Source of the DNA: Candidatus Gastranaerophilales bacterium
Lineage (GTDB): Bacteria > Cyanobacteriota > Vampirovibrionia > Gastranaerophilales > Gastranaerophilaceae
Assembly: GCA_944325515.1 (NCBI GenBank)
Contig: CALVAO010000002.1
Coordinates: 149,091 to 213,090 of the forward strand
DNA length: 64,000 nucleotides
Reading direction: 5' to 3'
In this document: positions 1-11,135 of the stretch, piece by piece
Layout: the number at the start of each line of letters is the position of its first letter
Position numbering within the stretch: the stretch's first letter is position 1
Program-made: the position numbers and the translations under genes
Notes under the pieces: model-generated
What the model was told of the DNA's origin: nothing
Databases searched by the model: none
The model's input: the letters and a program-made list of their open reading frames with translations, nothing else

Positions 1-1475
1 AGTTTATTTTTAACAATTTGGATAACATCAGAAGTAAAATCACGGTTTTTAGAAATTTTAGTTGTTGATTCTGCTGTTATCATTGTTTTAGGAGCTTCTA
101 AAACTACTTCTTTCGGTTCTTCTTTTGCAACTACCGGCATTATTTCCGGTTTTGCCGTTATAACTGCAATCTTAGGCTGCGGAATATCCACTACATACGC
201 TTCGCTGTCTTTTGTAAATTTATCCAGAGCTTTCAGCATCAAATTTTTTATATACAAAGATGTTTTTGAAAAAATAGTAGGTCTTTTTTTGAAACCATAT
301 TTAATAAGCCTGTTGGTATTTCTGCGGGAAACAGGCGTTTCAAAAAACGGATTGGAAATTTCCTCATTCAAAGCTTTTATTCTTTCCTGACCTCTGGTAA
401 TAGAAATAATATTGTCCGCATTGTCTTTAAATATATCAAGTTTTTTAGATGATACACCTTGCAAAACCTCTTTCATTTCTGCAATATTATTATATGCTGT
501 TTGCGGTGACTGTATAACTTTAGTTACATAACTTTTTACGTGTTTATCCTTGTCTGCCATCTGCATAATAGTATCAATATCCTTTAATACTGCAGCTTTT
601 TTTTCATCAGGCACGCTTAAAAAATTATTTCTGTTTTTCTTAAGCATCAATACTCTGAAATCCAAATTTTTAGGTGTCGTAGACTTATACATATCTGCTA
701 TATATACATCTCCGCCGGCTTCCAGAGCAGAGTCCATTCTGTTAAAATAATTGATAAGTTCTTCTGTAAACTTTTGACGCTCCGGAGTATAGTATTCCAA
801 AAACATTTTTTTATTTAAACCAGGCGTTTCTTTAAAAGGAAAACTTTCTTCTATATTATGTAGTTTTAAAGCTGAATCATATTTTTCGGGATTAAATGTC
901 CCTGCGTTAATCATTTCATCCAGCTTAGGAACAGCATTTTTATTATTTTTATTTAAATACAAATACGATTTAATCTTAGGATAATTCTTATAATAGTATT
1001 TGTAGTTTTCAGATTCCAGAAGCTGAGGCAATATTTCAGTATTAATAGGTTCATACCCCTGCAAGACATCCTTGTTTACAGTGTATGCAAAATCCAGCTT
1101 CTTTGAATTATTTTGTATCGATGAAAACACTCTGTTCATTTCTTCCAGTGAACCTTGAAATCTTGATATAATGGAATAATGTTTATGCGTTGATTTTTTT
1201 ATATTTTTATAAATACTGTTTACCAGAGTAGAAGGCTCCTTCTTTTCTGTACGATAGAAATTTCTCTCATTGTACAAATCAACCAGTCTATCAAGAAGGC
1301 ACATTTTGTTTTCGCCTGCATGTTTAGTTAATGCCACAATATCATTCAAGTCTTGATTTAATATTAGTGAAGCACTATGTCTGCTGCTTTGTAATTTTTG
1401 TGTAAATTTATGATTCTTATATATACCTATTCTGCCGTTAAACCGGACATTACTGCTATCAATTTTTGTATTCAT
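1..1475 (-). CDS. hypothetical protein, N-terminal ~491 codons; ORF continues beyond the left window edge
   Basis: My minus-strand translation from the ATG at 1475 (MNTKIDSSNVRFNGRIGIYKNHKFTQKL...) stays open to base 1. It is absent from the ORF track because no stop lies inside the window. No family recognised. Confidence 0.55.
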   Translation of the reverse strand, partial: MNTKIDSSNVRFNGRIGIYKNHKFTQKLQSSRHSASLILNQDLNDIVALTKHAGENKMCLLDRLVDLYNERNFYRTEKKEPSTLVNSIYKNIKKSTHKHYSIISRFQGSLEEMNRVFSSIQNNSKKLDFAYTVNKDVLQGYEPINTEILPQLLESENYKYYYKNYPKIKSYLYLNKNNKNAVPKLDEMINAGTFNPEKYDSALKLHNIEESFPFKETPGLNKKMFLEYYTPERQKFTEELINYFNRMDSALEAGGDVYIADMYKSTTPKNLDFRVLMLKKNRNNFLSVPDEKKAAVLKDIDTIMQMADKDKHVKSYVTKVIQSPQTAYNNIAEMKEVLQGVSSKKLDIFKDNADNIISITRGQERIKALNEEISNPFFETPVSRRNTNRLIKYGFKKRPTIFSKTSLYIKNLMLKALDKFTKDSEAYVVDIPQPKIAVITAKPEIMPVVAKEEPKEVVLEAPKTMITAESTTKISKNRDFTSDVIQIVKNK

Positions 1476-1563
1476 CGCTATTTATATCCCTTATGATTGT
1501 TTCAAATCTATTAAAACTCATAAAGATTTTTTTTGCTACAAATCTTAAATAAAATTTACAAAA

Positions 1564-3000
1564 CTAGATATTGTAAGCTATAAATCTACACAGCTCTATA
1601 AATCTTTCCGGAAAAATACCCATAATTAAAATTGCCGCCACCATTATTACCAGAACAAATTTTTGCGAAAAAACAGGTTTAAGCGCGCACATTTCAGTAT
1701 TTTTATCACACTCTTTAAACAACGGTATAAGAATTTTTAAGTAATAATATAAAGCTGCAACCGTAAGAATTAAAAGTGCAAGTAAAAACGGTACAAATAT
1801 CAAACCGGAATTAGCGATTGCACTGAATAAATATATTTTTGCAATAAATCCGGAGGTAATCGGAAAACCTGCAAGCGCAATCACTGCAAGGGCGTAAGCT
1901 CCTGTTAAACCGTGATTATTGTAAAATATGCCCTTAAAATCGTTTACGCTGAGCGGTTTTTTATCACCATATATATTCAAAAATGCAAACACTGCTATAT
2001 TCATGAAAACATAACACATCAAATAAAAAATAACAGTGGAAAGATTATATACAGAAACAAGTGATGCTGCAAGCAGCGCATACGAAGCATTTGCTGATGC
2101 AGAGCAGGCAAAAATAACCTTAACATTATTTTCTCTCACAGCATAAGTATTTGCCCAGAATGCCGTTAGCAAGCTCAATAAAGCGATAACAAAAGTTAAT
2201 TCAAAACCTGCGCCTAGCGGAAAAACCATAAGTCTGCACACAATTCCAAACAAAGCCAATTTCGGCACTGTAGATAAAAATGCAAGAATAGAAGATTCAC
2301 ATCCTTTATATACGTCAATAATCCAATTTGCAAAAGGAAAAACCGCAAGCTTTGAGATAAGTCCGAGAATTATAAGAATCGATGCAATAGAATACATTAC
2401 AGAAGGTTCTCGTGAACTAATAATCTCATAAATATCCGAAAGATTAACAGAACCGGTTATGCCGTACATATAAGATACCCCGAAGAGAAAAACCCCGGAT
2501 GATACCGCAGATGTAAGAAGATATTTAAAACTTGCCTCCTTGGAATGATAACCTTTTGCGGAAGCTATTAAAAAATAAGTCGAAAAACTTAAAAGCTCAA
2601 TAGAAACAAATAAAGTTACAAAATCATTTGCAGAAACAATATTCATTGCACCAAAAATCGCAGTAAGAAGTATCACATGAAAAGTATATGCTCTGCCCTT
2701 AATTGTTTTAACAAGATTTCTTGTAAGGAGAGCCGCAAAAAATCCGCAGACCAAAATTAAAAAATGAAATAAAGAAGTATAACAATCTGACATTAATGAA
2801 TTTTTAAAAGCAAAATACTGCGGTTCGGTCTGAACTGCCGATAATAGAATAATACTTAAAGAAATTCCTATAACCGAAACAAGCCTTGCATATCTGTAAT
2901 ATCTCGGAGAAATAAGCATTGAAAGTATCAGTTGTAGTATAATAAATCCTAAAATACACATTTGCGGTAATAAAATATTAAAAATATCATTAAGCATCAT
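1564..3000 (-). CDS. nuoN: NADH-quinone oxidoreductase subunit N (NDH-1 antiporter-like subunit)
   Basis: 478-aa polytopic membrane protein. It is the last gene of a colinear nuoA-B-C-D-H-I-J-K-L-M-N operon and has antiporter-like composition. Confidence 0.85.
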   Translation of the reverse strand: MMLNDIFNILLPQMCILGFIILQLILSMLISPRYYRYARLVSVIGISLSIILLSAVQTEPQYFAFKNSLMSDCYTSLFHFLILVCGFFAALLTRNLVKTIKGRAYTFHVILLTAIFGAMNIVSANDFVTLFVSIELLSFSTYFLIASAKGYHSKEASFKYLLTSAVSSGVFLFGVSYMYGITGSVNLSDIYEIISSREPSVMYSIASILIILGLISKLAVFPFANWIIDVYKGCESSILAFLSTVPKLALFGIVCRLMVFPLGAGFELTFVIALLSLLTAFWANTYAVRENNVKVIFACSASANASYALLAASLVSVYNLSTVIFYLMCYVFMNIAVFAFLNIYGDKKPLSVNDFKGIFYNNHGLTGAYALAVIALAGFPITSGFIAKIYLFSAIANSGLIFVPFLLALLILTVAALYYYLKILIPLFKECDKNTEMCALKPVFSQKFVLVIMVAAILIMGIFPERFIELCRFIAYNI

Positions 3001-3038
3001 TCATCTCCAAAATTTTCAAACAACCTTGTATTCACAAA

Positions 3039-4529
3039 TTATTTAAGAAGTCCCAGAATCGTATCGGGGAAAATTCCAAAAATAACCAGCCCTGCAAGTA
3101 CAGATGCAAGAACAAGAAATTCATGCACAGTTATATCATTAACTTTTTCATATGCTTCAGGCGTTTCGCCGAAAAATCCGTTATGCAAAAATTTGAGCAT
3201 ATAGCAGGAACTCAAGATTAAAACAGGTAATGCAAATACCGCGCACATTTTCAATAAATCGGATAAATCAGAACTCATAGCGCCTATAACAGTTAATATT
3301 TCACTGATAAATGGTGCAAATCCGGGGATTCCGATTGATGCAAGAACGATTAATACGGCAAAACCGAATAATCTAGGCATAACTGCTGCAATACCCTGTA
3401 ACGTATTAATATCGCGATTTTTACACCTCAAGTACACTATACCGGCAACCATAAATAATCCACACGTAACAAGAGCATGCGCTGCCATATGGAAAACAGA
3501 TGCACATAAACCTATTTTGTTAAAAGCACATAACCCCAATAATACAAGTCCCATATTAGAAATGCTTGAATATGCAACAATGCGTTTAATATCTGTTTGC
3601 GCATAAGCCACAAATGCTGTGAAAATAATATTAATAAGCGCAAACACAGCAAGAACCGGTGCTATAAAACTGAATGAATCGGGTAGTGTTTCATAATTAA
3701 ACCTAAAAATACCATACGCACCCGTTTTTAATAAAATACCTGCAAGAACCATACTAACAGGAGTCGGAGCATTTGTATGCGCATCCGGCAGCCAGCTGTG
3801 GAGCGGTATAATCGGCAGTTTTACACCAAAACCGATAAGAAGACATACTGCAATAAGATATTGAATAGATACCGGTATTGTTGTATCAACTATATCGGAA
3901 AAACTTGCCGACAGAATACCGTTAGAAACATAGTTATAATAATGCAGCAGTAAAATTCCCAAAAGCATGAACATGCTGCCTAAAAACGTAAATAATACAA
4001 ATTTTACTGCAGAATTCTGCGCTTTCTTACACTCTTCATCAGATGTTTCTTTCCAATTGTTTCCTATTAAGAAATACGCAGGAATAAGCTCCAATTCCCA
4101 GAAAAGGAAAAAGACAAACATGTCAGCGGATGTAAATATTCCCAGAATTGCAGACTGAAGAAGCAAAAACATGGAGTAATAGAATTTATGACTTTTCCTA
4201 ATATTAAATTTACTGGCTAAAGATGCAATCATAAAAACAAAAGATGCCAGAACCGACAGTATTAGGGATACAGAATCAAGTTTAAATATAAATTTCACTC
4301 CGAGCGACTGCACCCAATCAAGTCCGAAAAAATGAATTTCACTGACATACGGATTTGCACTGTCAAAACATGCAAGCATCAATATCGAATACAAAAAATG
4401 TAATACACACACACCTTTTGCAAAACGCCTTACAACAATTTCATTATTTGCAAATAATGGTGATATAAGCAAAATTGATGCAACAAGCGGCATAAATATT
4501 AAAAATGGTATTGATAAAAGTATATCCAT
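3039..4529 (-). CDS. nuoM: NADH-quinone oxidoreductase subunit M
   Basis: 496-aa antiporter-like membrane subunit between nuoL and nuoN. It has the conserved WLPDAH-type segment (HSWLPDAHTNAPTPVSMVLAG). Confidence 0.88.
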   Translation of the reverse strand: MDILLSIPFLIFMPLVASILLISPLFANNEIVVRRFAKGVCVLHFLYSILMLACFDSANPYVSEIHFFGLDWVQSLGVKFIFKLDSVSLILSVLASFVFMIASLASKFNIRKSHKFYYSMFLLLQSAILGIFTSADMFVFFLFWELELIPAYFLIGNNWKETSDEECKKAQNSAVKFVLFTFLGSMFMLLGILLLHYYNYVSNGILSASFSDIVDTTIPVSIQYLIAVCLLIGFGVKLPIIPLHSWLPDAHTNAPTPVSMVLAGILLKTGAYGIFRFNYETLPDSFSFIAPVLAVFALINIIFTAFVAYAQTDIKRIVAYSSISNMGLVLLGLCAFNKIGLCASVFHMAAHALVTCGLFMVAGIVYLRCKNRDINTLQGIAAVMPRLFGFAVLIVLASIGIPGFAPFISEILTVIGAMSSDLSDLLKMCAVFALPVLILSSCYMLKFLHNGFFGETPEAYEKVNDITVHEFLVLASVLAGLVIFGIFPDTILGLLK

Positions 4530-4538
4530 ATCTCTCCT

Positions 4539-6380
4539 TTAACTTAACTGACTTAAAACTATTGTATAAGCAATTATCACACAGCTTATTACTGTTGTTA
4601 CCAGAATAAATGCATAAGCATTATACGCCTGTACATTTCTCTTCTGGGCTTTAGAATCCCATTCTGAAAACTTTTCCATTGTTCTCGCCGTAAAAGTTAC
4701 GGCTCTGTTCATAATATATGTTTCCACAAGATTAACCAGAAAAACTCCTGTTTTTGCACAAAACTTTACCGGTTTGTAATTCCCTAAAATCCTAACATCT
4801 GCAAAATTACAAATACGTGCAGTCTTATCATAAATTCCTGTCAAGACATTATTATAAAATTTTTCCAGAAGCTTCGGAGTTTCACTAAACTTCGTAAGCC
4901 ATTTTTTTGTATATAAAAAGTAAACAGCTGCCCATCCCGCAAATGCTGACCAGAAAGGAATATCAAGTTCATAGCTTATTCTGCGTCTTATAAAGAAATA
5001 GAACATAATATTTAAAACAAATAATAAAGCTGCCGGCAAAAATCTGAAAAAATCAATTTTATTGCACAATCTGGCATCTTTTACCATTACAAGGGAAATT
5101 CTCATTATGTAAAAAGCCGTTAAGAATGATATCAAGCCAAATAATATAACGAATGCCGCATCATTTTTCAAAGCTCCAAACAAAAATTCCTTGGCTGCCA
5201 GTCCGGAAAAAATTAAGCCCGCAAGACTTAAACCGCCGAGTACAAAAGTTACAAAACCCATATAAGATTCACATCCGTCTTTATTAACACCCAGACATAA
5301 AAATAACATAGATTTAATAAAAGCATGTGCAATAAAAAGTATTAATGCAGCCTTGACATTCAAAATCCCGACTGCAAGAAACATCAAGCCGAGATTAGCA
5401 GAAGTCGAATAAGCAAGAACTTTTTTGGGATGTGTTTCAATAGAGGCGAGTAAGGAACAAATAATTGCCGTCACAATACCTAATGCTGCAATTAATCTCA
5501 TCAATCCTATTTCCATAGTAAAGAAAGGAAGCATTCTGATAATTAAATAAACCCCTGCAGCCACCAGTGTTGCGGAATGCAAAAGAGCGCTTACCGGCAA
5601 TTTTGCTTCCATTGCATCCTGCAGCCATGTATAAAACGGAAATTGAGCCGATTTAACCGCGGCACCAATAATAAATAACAAACAAATAACCATAAACTGC
5701 GGTGTAGAAGTATATGCATACAAAAGAGCAGAAACTGCATTTATATCCTCAAAAGCAAGCGACGCAAAAGAAAAATTACCTGCATAATTGTACATAAAAT
5801 ATGATGTTAAAATTATTGCACTTATTAAAGCAGTATCACCAAGCCTGTTTGTAATCAAAACCCGTCTGGAAGCTTCAGATTTTTCTTTCTTTTTATATTC
5901 AAAACCGATAAGCAGGTAAGAAACAACACCCGCAAGCTCCCAGAAAGCATACATCTGGAAAAGATTAGTACTGAAAAATAAACCTGCCATAGAAAAATTG
6001 AACAGATTTAACAGTGCATAAAAGCGATAATTTTTTTCCTCATTTTTCATGTAAGGAATTGAAAATATTTGTACAAGAAAACTTACCAGAAAAAGAACCA
6101 GTGCCAGTATAAGAGAAAATTTATCAATATGCAGACCTACCGGAATTGAAAAATTATTAATCTTAATAAACTGAAAACTCTGCTCTACTGTTTCTCTAAC
6201 CTTAATAAGACTCACCGAGCACAATAATATTCCCAAAAAAGATGACAGAAGAGTCAATGTATATATAATCCTTTTGTTAACATATACAGCAAAAAATCTC
6301 CCGCACATTATAATTAAAAAAATCCATAACGGCAGCAGTAGTATTAAATATATATTATCCAAAATTATATCTGCCATCAC
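4539..6380 (-). CDS. nuoL: NADH-quinone oxidoreductase subunit L
   Basis: 613-aa antiporter-like subunit with a long C-terminal extension typical of NuoL/NdhF. It sits after nuoK in the operon. Confidence 0.88.
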   Translation of the reverse strand: MMADIILDNIYLILLLPLWIFLIIMCGRFFAVYVNKRIIYTLTLLSSFLGILLCSVSLIKVRETVEQSFQFIKINNFSIPVGLHIDKFSLILALVLFLVSFLVQIFSIPYMKNEEKNYRFYALLNLFNFSMAGLFFSTNLFQMYAFWELAGVVSYLLIGFEYKKKEKSEASRRVLITNRLGDTALISAIILTSYFMYNYAGNFSFASLAFEDINAVSALLYAYTSTPQFMVICLLFIIGAAVKSAQFPFYTWLQDAMEAKLPVSALLHSATLVAAGVYLIIRMLPFFTMEIGLMRLIAALGIVTAIICSLLASIETHPKKVLAYSTSANLGLMFLAVGILNVKAALILFIAHAFIKSMLFLCLGVNKDGCESYMGFVTFVLGGLSLAGLIFSGLAAKEFLFGALKNDAAFVILFGLISFLTAFYIMRISLVMVKDARLCNKIDFFRFLPAALLFVLNIMFYFFIRRRISYELDIPFWSAFAGWAAVYFLYTKKWLTKFSETPKLLEKFYNNVLTGIYDKTARICNFADVRILGNYKPVKFCAKTGVFLVNLVETYIMNRAVTFTARTMEKFSEWDSKAQKRNVQAYNAYAFILVTTVISCVIIAYTIVLSQLS

Positions 6381-6385
6381 ATCTC

Positions 6386-6691
6386 CTATAAATCACCGTA
6401 ACTTTCAATATTATCACTTTGCTTTTTTTGATACATAAGATAAAAAATATAAATAGCTACTGCAAGTTCTACCGCACCTATTCCCGTATAAAATAACGCT
6501 AAAATATATCCGTCAAATGCAATATTATCGCAAAAAGAAGCAAAAGCCACAAAATTTATATTCACCCCGAGAAGCATAAACTCTATAGAAATTAAAACTT
6601 TGATAACATTCTTGACAAGAACCGAACCGATAAGCCCCGCCAGAAAAACAAATAGTCCTACAGATAAATAATGATATATGGTTATTTCCAC
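6386..6691 (-). CDS. nuoK: NADH-quinone oxidoreductase subunit K
   Basis: 101 aa with three predicted TM helices, in the canonical position between nuoJ and nuoL. Confidence 0.85.
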   Translation of the reverse strand: MEITIYHYLSVGLFVFLAGLIGSVLVKNVIKVLISIEFMLLGVNINFVAFASFCDNIAFDGYILALFYTGIGAVELAVAIYIFYLMYQKKQSDNIESYGDL

Positions 6692-6692
6692 T

Positions 6693-7214
6693 CTACGCCC
6701 CCTTTTTTCTAAACAGACTCAAACCTGCTATAACAATTGTCAATAGAACAGACACCAGTTCAAACGCCCATACATAGTTCACAAAAATCCCGCGTGCAAA
6801 AACAGATATATTATCAAATGAATTCACCTGCTCTAATTCTTTTATACAAAAAGTATCTGGAACCATTGCTACAGACATCATTACAAGGTATATAAAAGCA
6901 AGTACAAAAATTCCTGCACACATAAGAGTCAAATAAGGAATAGCAAATTTAGCGCTCTTTTTTTCCCCTCCTGCTTCTTCCTGCCGGAACATTATTGAAA
7001 CTCCTATTATAACCGGAACAGCCAGACCATATATGGCAGCCTGTATTATTGCATTGTATTCCGAACCGAGAACATAAAAGAATAAAGCTCCCAAAAAGAA
7101 TACGACCACGGAAGATAAAAGAGAATAAATAATATTCTTTGCCAGTAATGTCATCAACACAAACAATAATATTAAAAAAGAAGCCGAATAAAATATAACA
7201 GGATTATCAATCAT
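6693..7214 (-). CDS. nuoJ: NADH-quinone oxidoreductase subunit J
   Basis: 173-aa membrane protein between nuoI and nuoK in the operon. Confidence 0.8.
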   Translation of the reverse strand: MIDNPVIFYSASFLILLFVLMTLLAKNIIYSLLSSVVVFFLGALFFYVLGSEYNAIIQAAIYGLAVPVIIGVSIMFRQEEAGGEKKSAKFAIPYLTLMCAGIFVLAFIYLVMMSVAMVPDTFCIKELEQVNSFDNISVFARGIFVNYVWAFELVSVLLTIVIAGLSLFRKKGA

Positions 7215-7596
7215 TCTCCGCCCCTCCTTTATAAACCAAATTCAGCCCGTCCTTATCTTGAACGGCAAGCTCGTACTCATCCGTCATTTTAATAGCACCT
7301 TTCGGGCAATAAAATGCACAATTTCCGCAAAAGATACATTTTTTTAAATCAAATTTATAAAAAACAACCTTTCCATCTTCATTTTTTTCATATTCTATTG
7401 CACCGGCAGGACAAACCCGCTTGCAGATACCGCACCCGATACAGCCTTCAACCAAAGGTTTGCCGCGAAAAGCATCATTAAGCTTTCTTCTTTTTTCGGG
7501 ATACTCTAATGTAACAGCTCTTTTAAACAAATGTTTAAACACTGTCCACATACCTTCCCACAGGGCTTTGACAGAATTAAATACTTTTATGCACAT
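7207..7596 (-). CDS. nuoI: NADH-quinone oxidoreductase subunit I (2x[4Fe-4S] ferredoxin-type)
   Basis: Two CxxCxxCxxxCP motifs (CIGCGICKRVCP and CIFCGNCAFYCP). Position between nuoH and nuoJ. Confidence 0.9.
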   Translation of the reverse strand: MCIKVFNSVKALWEGMWTVFKHLFKRAVTLEYPEKRRKLNDAFRGKPLVEGCIGCGICKRVCPAGAIEYEKNEDGKVVFYKFDLKKCIFCGNCAFYCPKGAIKMTDEYELAVQDKDGLNLVYKGGAEND

Positions 7597-8666
7597 AATC
7601 CGCCCCCCGTAATAAATTTATATAAAACCATTATAAAAAGATTTAAGATAGAAAGAGGTAATAAAACAGCCCACGAAAATTTTAACAAATCAAACGCTGC
7701 AAGCCTTGGCAATACCGCTCTTATCCATATCATAACAAATATAATAATTCCGGCTTTAAACAGCAGCCAGAATGCCTGCTCAAAATAAATTAAAAAAGAA
7801 TTATTAAATAAATATCTGCCGAAAGGCGAGAGATATCCGCCGAAAAATAATATTGCCAAAAACATAGAATTTGCCAGCATCATAGCATATTCTGACAAAT
7901 AAAAAATTGCAAATCTCATACCTGAATACTCGGTATTATATCCGCAGATTAGTTCGCTTTCCGCCTCCGGCAAATCAAACGGACACCTGTTTAATTCCGC
8001 AAGAATACTGATAAACATAATTATAAATCCCAATATACACGGAAACACAAACCACCCTGCAATTCCCCATCTCGAAAACTGTGCAAGAGTAATACCGGTT
8101 AAATTCATAGATGAAGACAAAACCGCAATTGACAGAACCACAAAAGCTATAGGAAGTTCATAGCTTAAAACCTGTGAAATACTACGCATTGCTCCGAATA
8201 AAGAATATTTATTATTACTTGCCCAGCCTGCAAGAAAAATACTTATTACAGGAAAAGCCGCAAGTACAAGATATAAGATAACATTGGTACCTGTGTTTAT
8301 AAAAGTAAACTCGGCGCTGTAAGGAATTACTCCCAGAGCTGCAAACATCGGAACAAAAGCCAGAATAGGTGCAAGGTTGAATAAAAATCTGTCAGCTTTT
8401 TTAGGTGTAATATTTTCTTTACACAAAAGTTTAAAAGCATCGGCAAGCGTCTGTAAAATTCCCCAGATACCGACCCTGTTAGGTCCCTTTCTCTGCGTAA
8501 AAAATCCGAGCAGCTTCCTTTCTGCAAGCACAAGCACCAGTACAGCCACAATTAATGCTGCAGCAATTATGCAAAACGGAATAAAATAAAAAGTTATATC
8601 ACCAAAAAGCTTCGGAATATTATGTCTGCTCAAAAATTCAATATATAAAAAATAAAGATAATTCAT
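7587..8666 (-). CDS. nuoH: NADH-quinone oxidoreductase subunit H
   Basis: 359-aa polytopic protein with NuoH/ND1-like segments (RKGPNRVGIWGILQ, YSLFGAMRS, ELNRCPFDLPEAESEL). Confidence 0.9.
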   Translation of the reverse strand: MNYLYFLYIEFLSRHNIPKLFGDITFYFIPFCIIAAALIVAVLVLVLAERKLLGFFTQRKGPNRVGIWGILQTLADAFKLLCKENITPKKADRFLFNLAPILAFVPMFAALGVIPYSAEFTFINTGTNVILYLVLAAFPVISIFLAGWASNNKYSLFGAMRSISQVLSYELPIAFVVLSIAVLSSSMNLTGITLAQFSRWGIAGWFVFPCILGFIIMFISILAELNRCPFDLPEAESELICGYNTEYSGMRFAIFYLSEYAMMLANSMFLAILFFGGYLSPFGRYLFNNSFLIYFEQAFWLLFKAGIIIFVMIWIRAVLPRLAAFDLLKFSWAVLLPLSILNLFIMVLYKFITGGGLCA

Positions 8667-9758
8667 CTACTTATCCACCTCCGGCAGAATAATATCCAGA
8701 GAGCCTGCAATCGCAATGGCATCATTCAAATACTCTCCCTTTAAAATTCTTCTTAAAAGGTTTACCGAATAATATGACCCTGTCCTCCATTTCAGCCTGT
8801 ACGGCTTATCCTCCCCGTCAGAACGTACATAACAGGAAGCAAGTCCGCGCGGAGCTTCGATTTCCGCATAATAATCTCCTTCCGGAAGCTTTAGATTGAT
8901 GGGAGGAATAAGCCTCTGCTCAAGCGGATTTGATTTTTTTAAATAATCCAGAGCCTGTTTAATGATATTTATACTCTCTCTCATTTCCAAAATTCTTGCT
9001 TTATAGCGGCTCCATGCATCTTTGCCGTCAAGTATAATTGATTTAAAATCAAAACCTCTGTAAAGTTCATCAGTATGCCTGCAGTCATAATCGACTCCGC
9101 TTGCCCTTAAATTAACGCCCGTTATTGCGAAATTAACAGCCGTATCGGGTGAAAGTATTCCTTTGTTTTCCGTTCTTCTTATAAAAATCGGGTTATCAGT
9201 TATAATTTTTTCGTAGTCATCAATTTTTGAGGGCAGAACAGAAATAATTTCTTCTACGTCTTCAAGAAATTCAATATCTTTTCTTACACCGCCGAAAATA
9301 AAATAATTATACATCATTCTCTGACCGGTAATTTTTTCAAAATATCTTAAAATCATCTCTCTTTCGCGAAAAACGTAAAAATAAGGAGAAGTTGCACCCA
9401 AATCCATCAAAAAAGCTCCAACCCACAGAAGGTGTGACGCAATTCTGTTGAGTTCAAGCATCAGGACTCTAATAACTTTCACCTTATCGGGAATTTCTAT
9501 CCCGCATGCGCTTTCAACTATTCTGCACAAAAGTTCTGAATAAAAGAAACCTGCCAGATAATCAATTCTGTCAACCAGAGGCAAATATTGTATATAACTA
9601 AGCTTTTCCGCCATTTTTTCCATCCCGCGGTGAAGATAGCCTATATCCGGTTCGCACGAAAGAATTTTTTCTCCTTCAAGTTCCAGAAGAAGACGTAAAA
9701 CCCCGTGCGTTGATGGATGCTGGGGACCGAGATTTAGTTTAAGCCTCGTTGTTGTCAT
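8667..9758 (-). CDS. nuoD: NADH-quinone oxidoreductase subunit D (49-kDa subunit)
   Basis: N-terminal [16 protein letters not shown] motif and overall NuoD/NdhH pattern. It directly abuts nuoH (8666/8667), so no nuoEFG lies in between. Confidence 0.9.
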   Translation of the reverse strand: MTTTRLKLNLGPQHPSTHGVLRLLLELEGEKILSCEPDIGYLHRGMEKMAEKLSYIQYLPLVDRIDYLAGFFYSELLCRIVESACGIEIPDKVKVIRVLMLELNRIASHLLWVGAFLMDLGATSPYFYVFREREMILRYFEKITGQRMMYNYFIFGGVRKDIEFLEDVEEIISVLPSKIDDYEKIITDNPIFIRRTENKGILSPDTAVNFAITGVNLRASGVDYDCRHTDELYRGFDFKSIILDGKDAWSRYKARILEMRESINIIKQALDYLKKSNPLEQRLIPPINLKLPEGDYYAEIEAPRGLASCYVRSDGEDKPYRLKWRTGSYYSVNLLRRILKGEYLNDAIAIAGSLDIILPEVDK

Positions 9759-10173
9759 TCCACGCCAGCCTCGTATCGTCTTGAACGTAATCCTTTCTTA
9801 ACGGAAAACCTTTCCAGTCCTCCGGCATATAAAGCCGCTTTAAATCTTCATGACCTATAAAGTTTATGCCGAATAAATCATAAATTTCTCTTTCATCGGC
9901 TGTTGCGGATTCAAATATATCAACAATGCTTTCTGCCTCACCCTGCACGGTAATTGAGATATACAAATCCTCTTCGTCATCAACAGAATACATATGATAT
10001 ATAAGTTCCGTAGTGTTATCTTTATTATCTACCGCAATAATTTCTTTCAGCATATTATACGGATAATTCTTTATAACAAACTCTATAACATCATGCAGCC
10101 GTGACTTAACGATGATTTTATCTCCCGCAAGTTCACAATCATCAAATATTCTTACAAACTCATGCCAGTTCAT
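9739..10173 (-). CDS. nuoC: NADH-quinone oxidoreductase subunit C (30-kDa subunit)
   Basis: [27 protein letters not shown] motif typical of NuoC/NdhJ. It overlaps nuoD by 20 nt, which suggests translational coupling. Confidence 0.85.
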   Translation of the reverse strand: MNWHEFVRIFDDCELAGDKIIVKSRLHDVIEFVIKNYPYNMLKEIIAVDNKDNTTELIYHMYSVDDEEDLYISITVQGEAESIVDIFESATADEREIYDLFGINFIGHEDLKRLYMPEDWKGFPLRKDYVQDDTRLAWNDNNEA

Positions 10174-10711
10174 CGCTTCCCCCTTTTTCCCCTAATATTC
10201 CGTTCATTTCTATTAATTTCGGGGTGTGAAAATTAACAAAATCTTTTCTCTTCAAAACAGATTCTTTACGTATTTTATTCTGCAGTTTTCTAATCGCATC
10301 AATCAGCGCTTCCGGTCTTGGCGGACACATCGGAAGGAATATATCCACCGGAATTATTTTATCAATCCCGTTGACTACAGAATAAGATGTATCAGCAAAC
10401 ATTCCGCCTCCGCATGTACATGCGCCCATTGCAATTACATATTTAGGCTCTGCCATCTGCTGATAAAGCCGCAGCAAAGCCGGCGCCATTTTATGCGTAA
10501 TCGTTCCCGCACAAATCAACAAATCAGCCTGCCTTGGCGATCCTCTAAAAACTTCCGAGCCAAAACGGGCAATATCATTATCAGACGCTACAGTCTGCAT
10601 CATTTCTATACCGCAGCAAGATGTCGCGAATGTCAAAGGCCAGAGTGAATTTGCCCTGCTCCAATTTAAAATATAATCTATTGAAGTAAGTATTATATTC
10701 ATTATACCCAC
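10160..10711 (-). CDS. nuoB: NADH-quinone oxidoreductase subunit B (20-kDa, cluster N2)
   Basis: Cys ligand pattern CCGIEMM ... GACTCGGG ... CPPRPE. Confidence 0.9.
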   Translation of the reverse strand: MGIMNIILTSIDYILNWSRANSLWPLTFATSCCGIEMMQTVASDNDIARFGSEVFRGSPRQADLLICAGTITHKMAPALLRLYQQMAEPKYVIAMGACTCGGGMFADTSYSVVNGIDKIIPVDIFLPMCPPRPEALIDAIRKLQNKIRKESVLKRKDFVNFHTPKLIEMNGILGEKGGSDELA

Positions 10712-11055
10712 CTCAGCATTTTTTTATTAATCGCAAAAATAAGACCAAATAAAAGCAAAGCAACAAAAATAAAAGCTTCAATTATTGCAAACAACCCCAG
10801 CCTGTTCACAAAAACCGCAAAAGGATAGAGGAATATTGTTTCTATATCAAAAATCAAAAATAATACTGCATAATTAAAGTATTTAACATCAAACCTTATT
10901 CTGGCATCACCTGTTGAAATAACGCCGCATTCATACGTTGTTTCTTTTACGCTGCATCTGTTTTTATACTGACAGATAAAACCTGCAACAACCATTGCAA
11001 TTGCAAATATTGCAGAAAGTATTATAAAAACAGCTAAGCAAACAAATTCTTTCAA
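10702..11055 (-). CDS. nuoA: NADH-quinone oxidoreductase subunit A
   Basis: 117-aa three-TM protein, first gene of the operon. It has a YECG motif and an FDIE segment. Confidence 0.85.
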   Translation of the reverse strand: MKEFVCLAVFIILSAIFAIAMVVAGFICQYKNRCSVKETTYECGVISTGDARIRFDVKYFNYAVLFLIFDIETIFLYPFAVFVNRLGLFAIIEAFIFVALLLFGLIFAINKKMLRWV

Positions 11056-11135
11056 TAATCTAATCCTCTGTTAATATTCTACTAAAAAATTACTTGATAT
11101 AATAGATATTATTATGTAATATTAAGATAAATTAT

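Noticed and set aside
10226-10648. Long antisense ORFs inside well-supported genes: 10226..10648 in nuoB, 28080..28511 and 27516..27842 in the helicase, 50166..50507, 50744..51106 and 51492..51905 in pcrA, 46034..46390 in the uvrA-like gene, 59328..59720 in uvrB, and 550..750 in the partial first gene
   Set aside because: Each is fully embedded opposite a gene with strong family motifs and lacks an RBS. Their low-complexity Ser/Phe/Ile-rich translations are typical of the antisense of AT-rich coding DNA.
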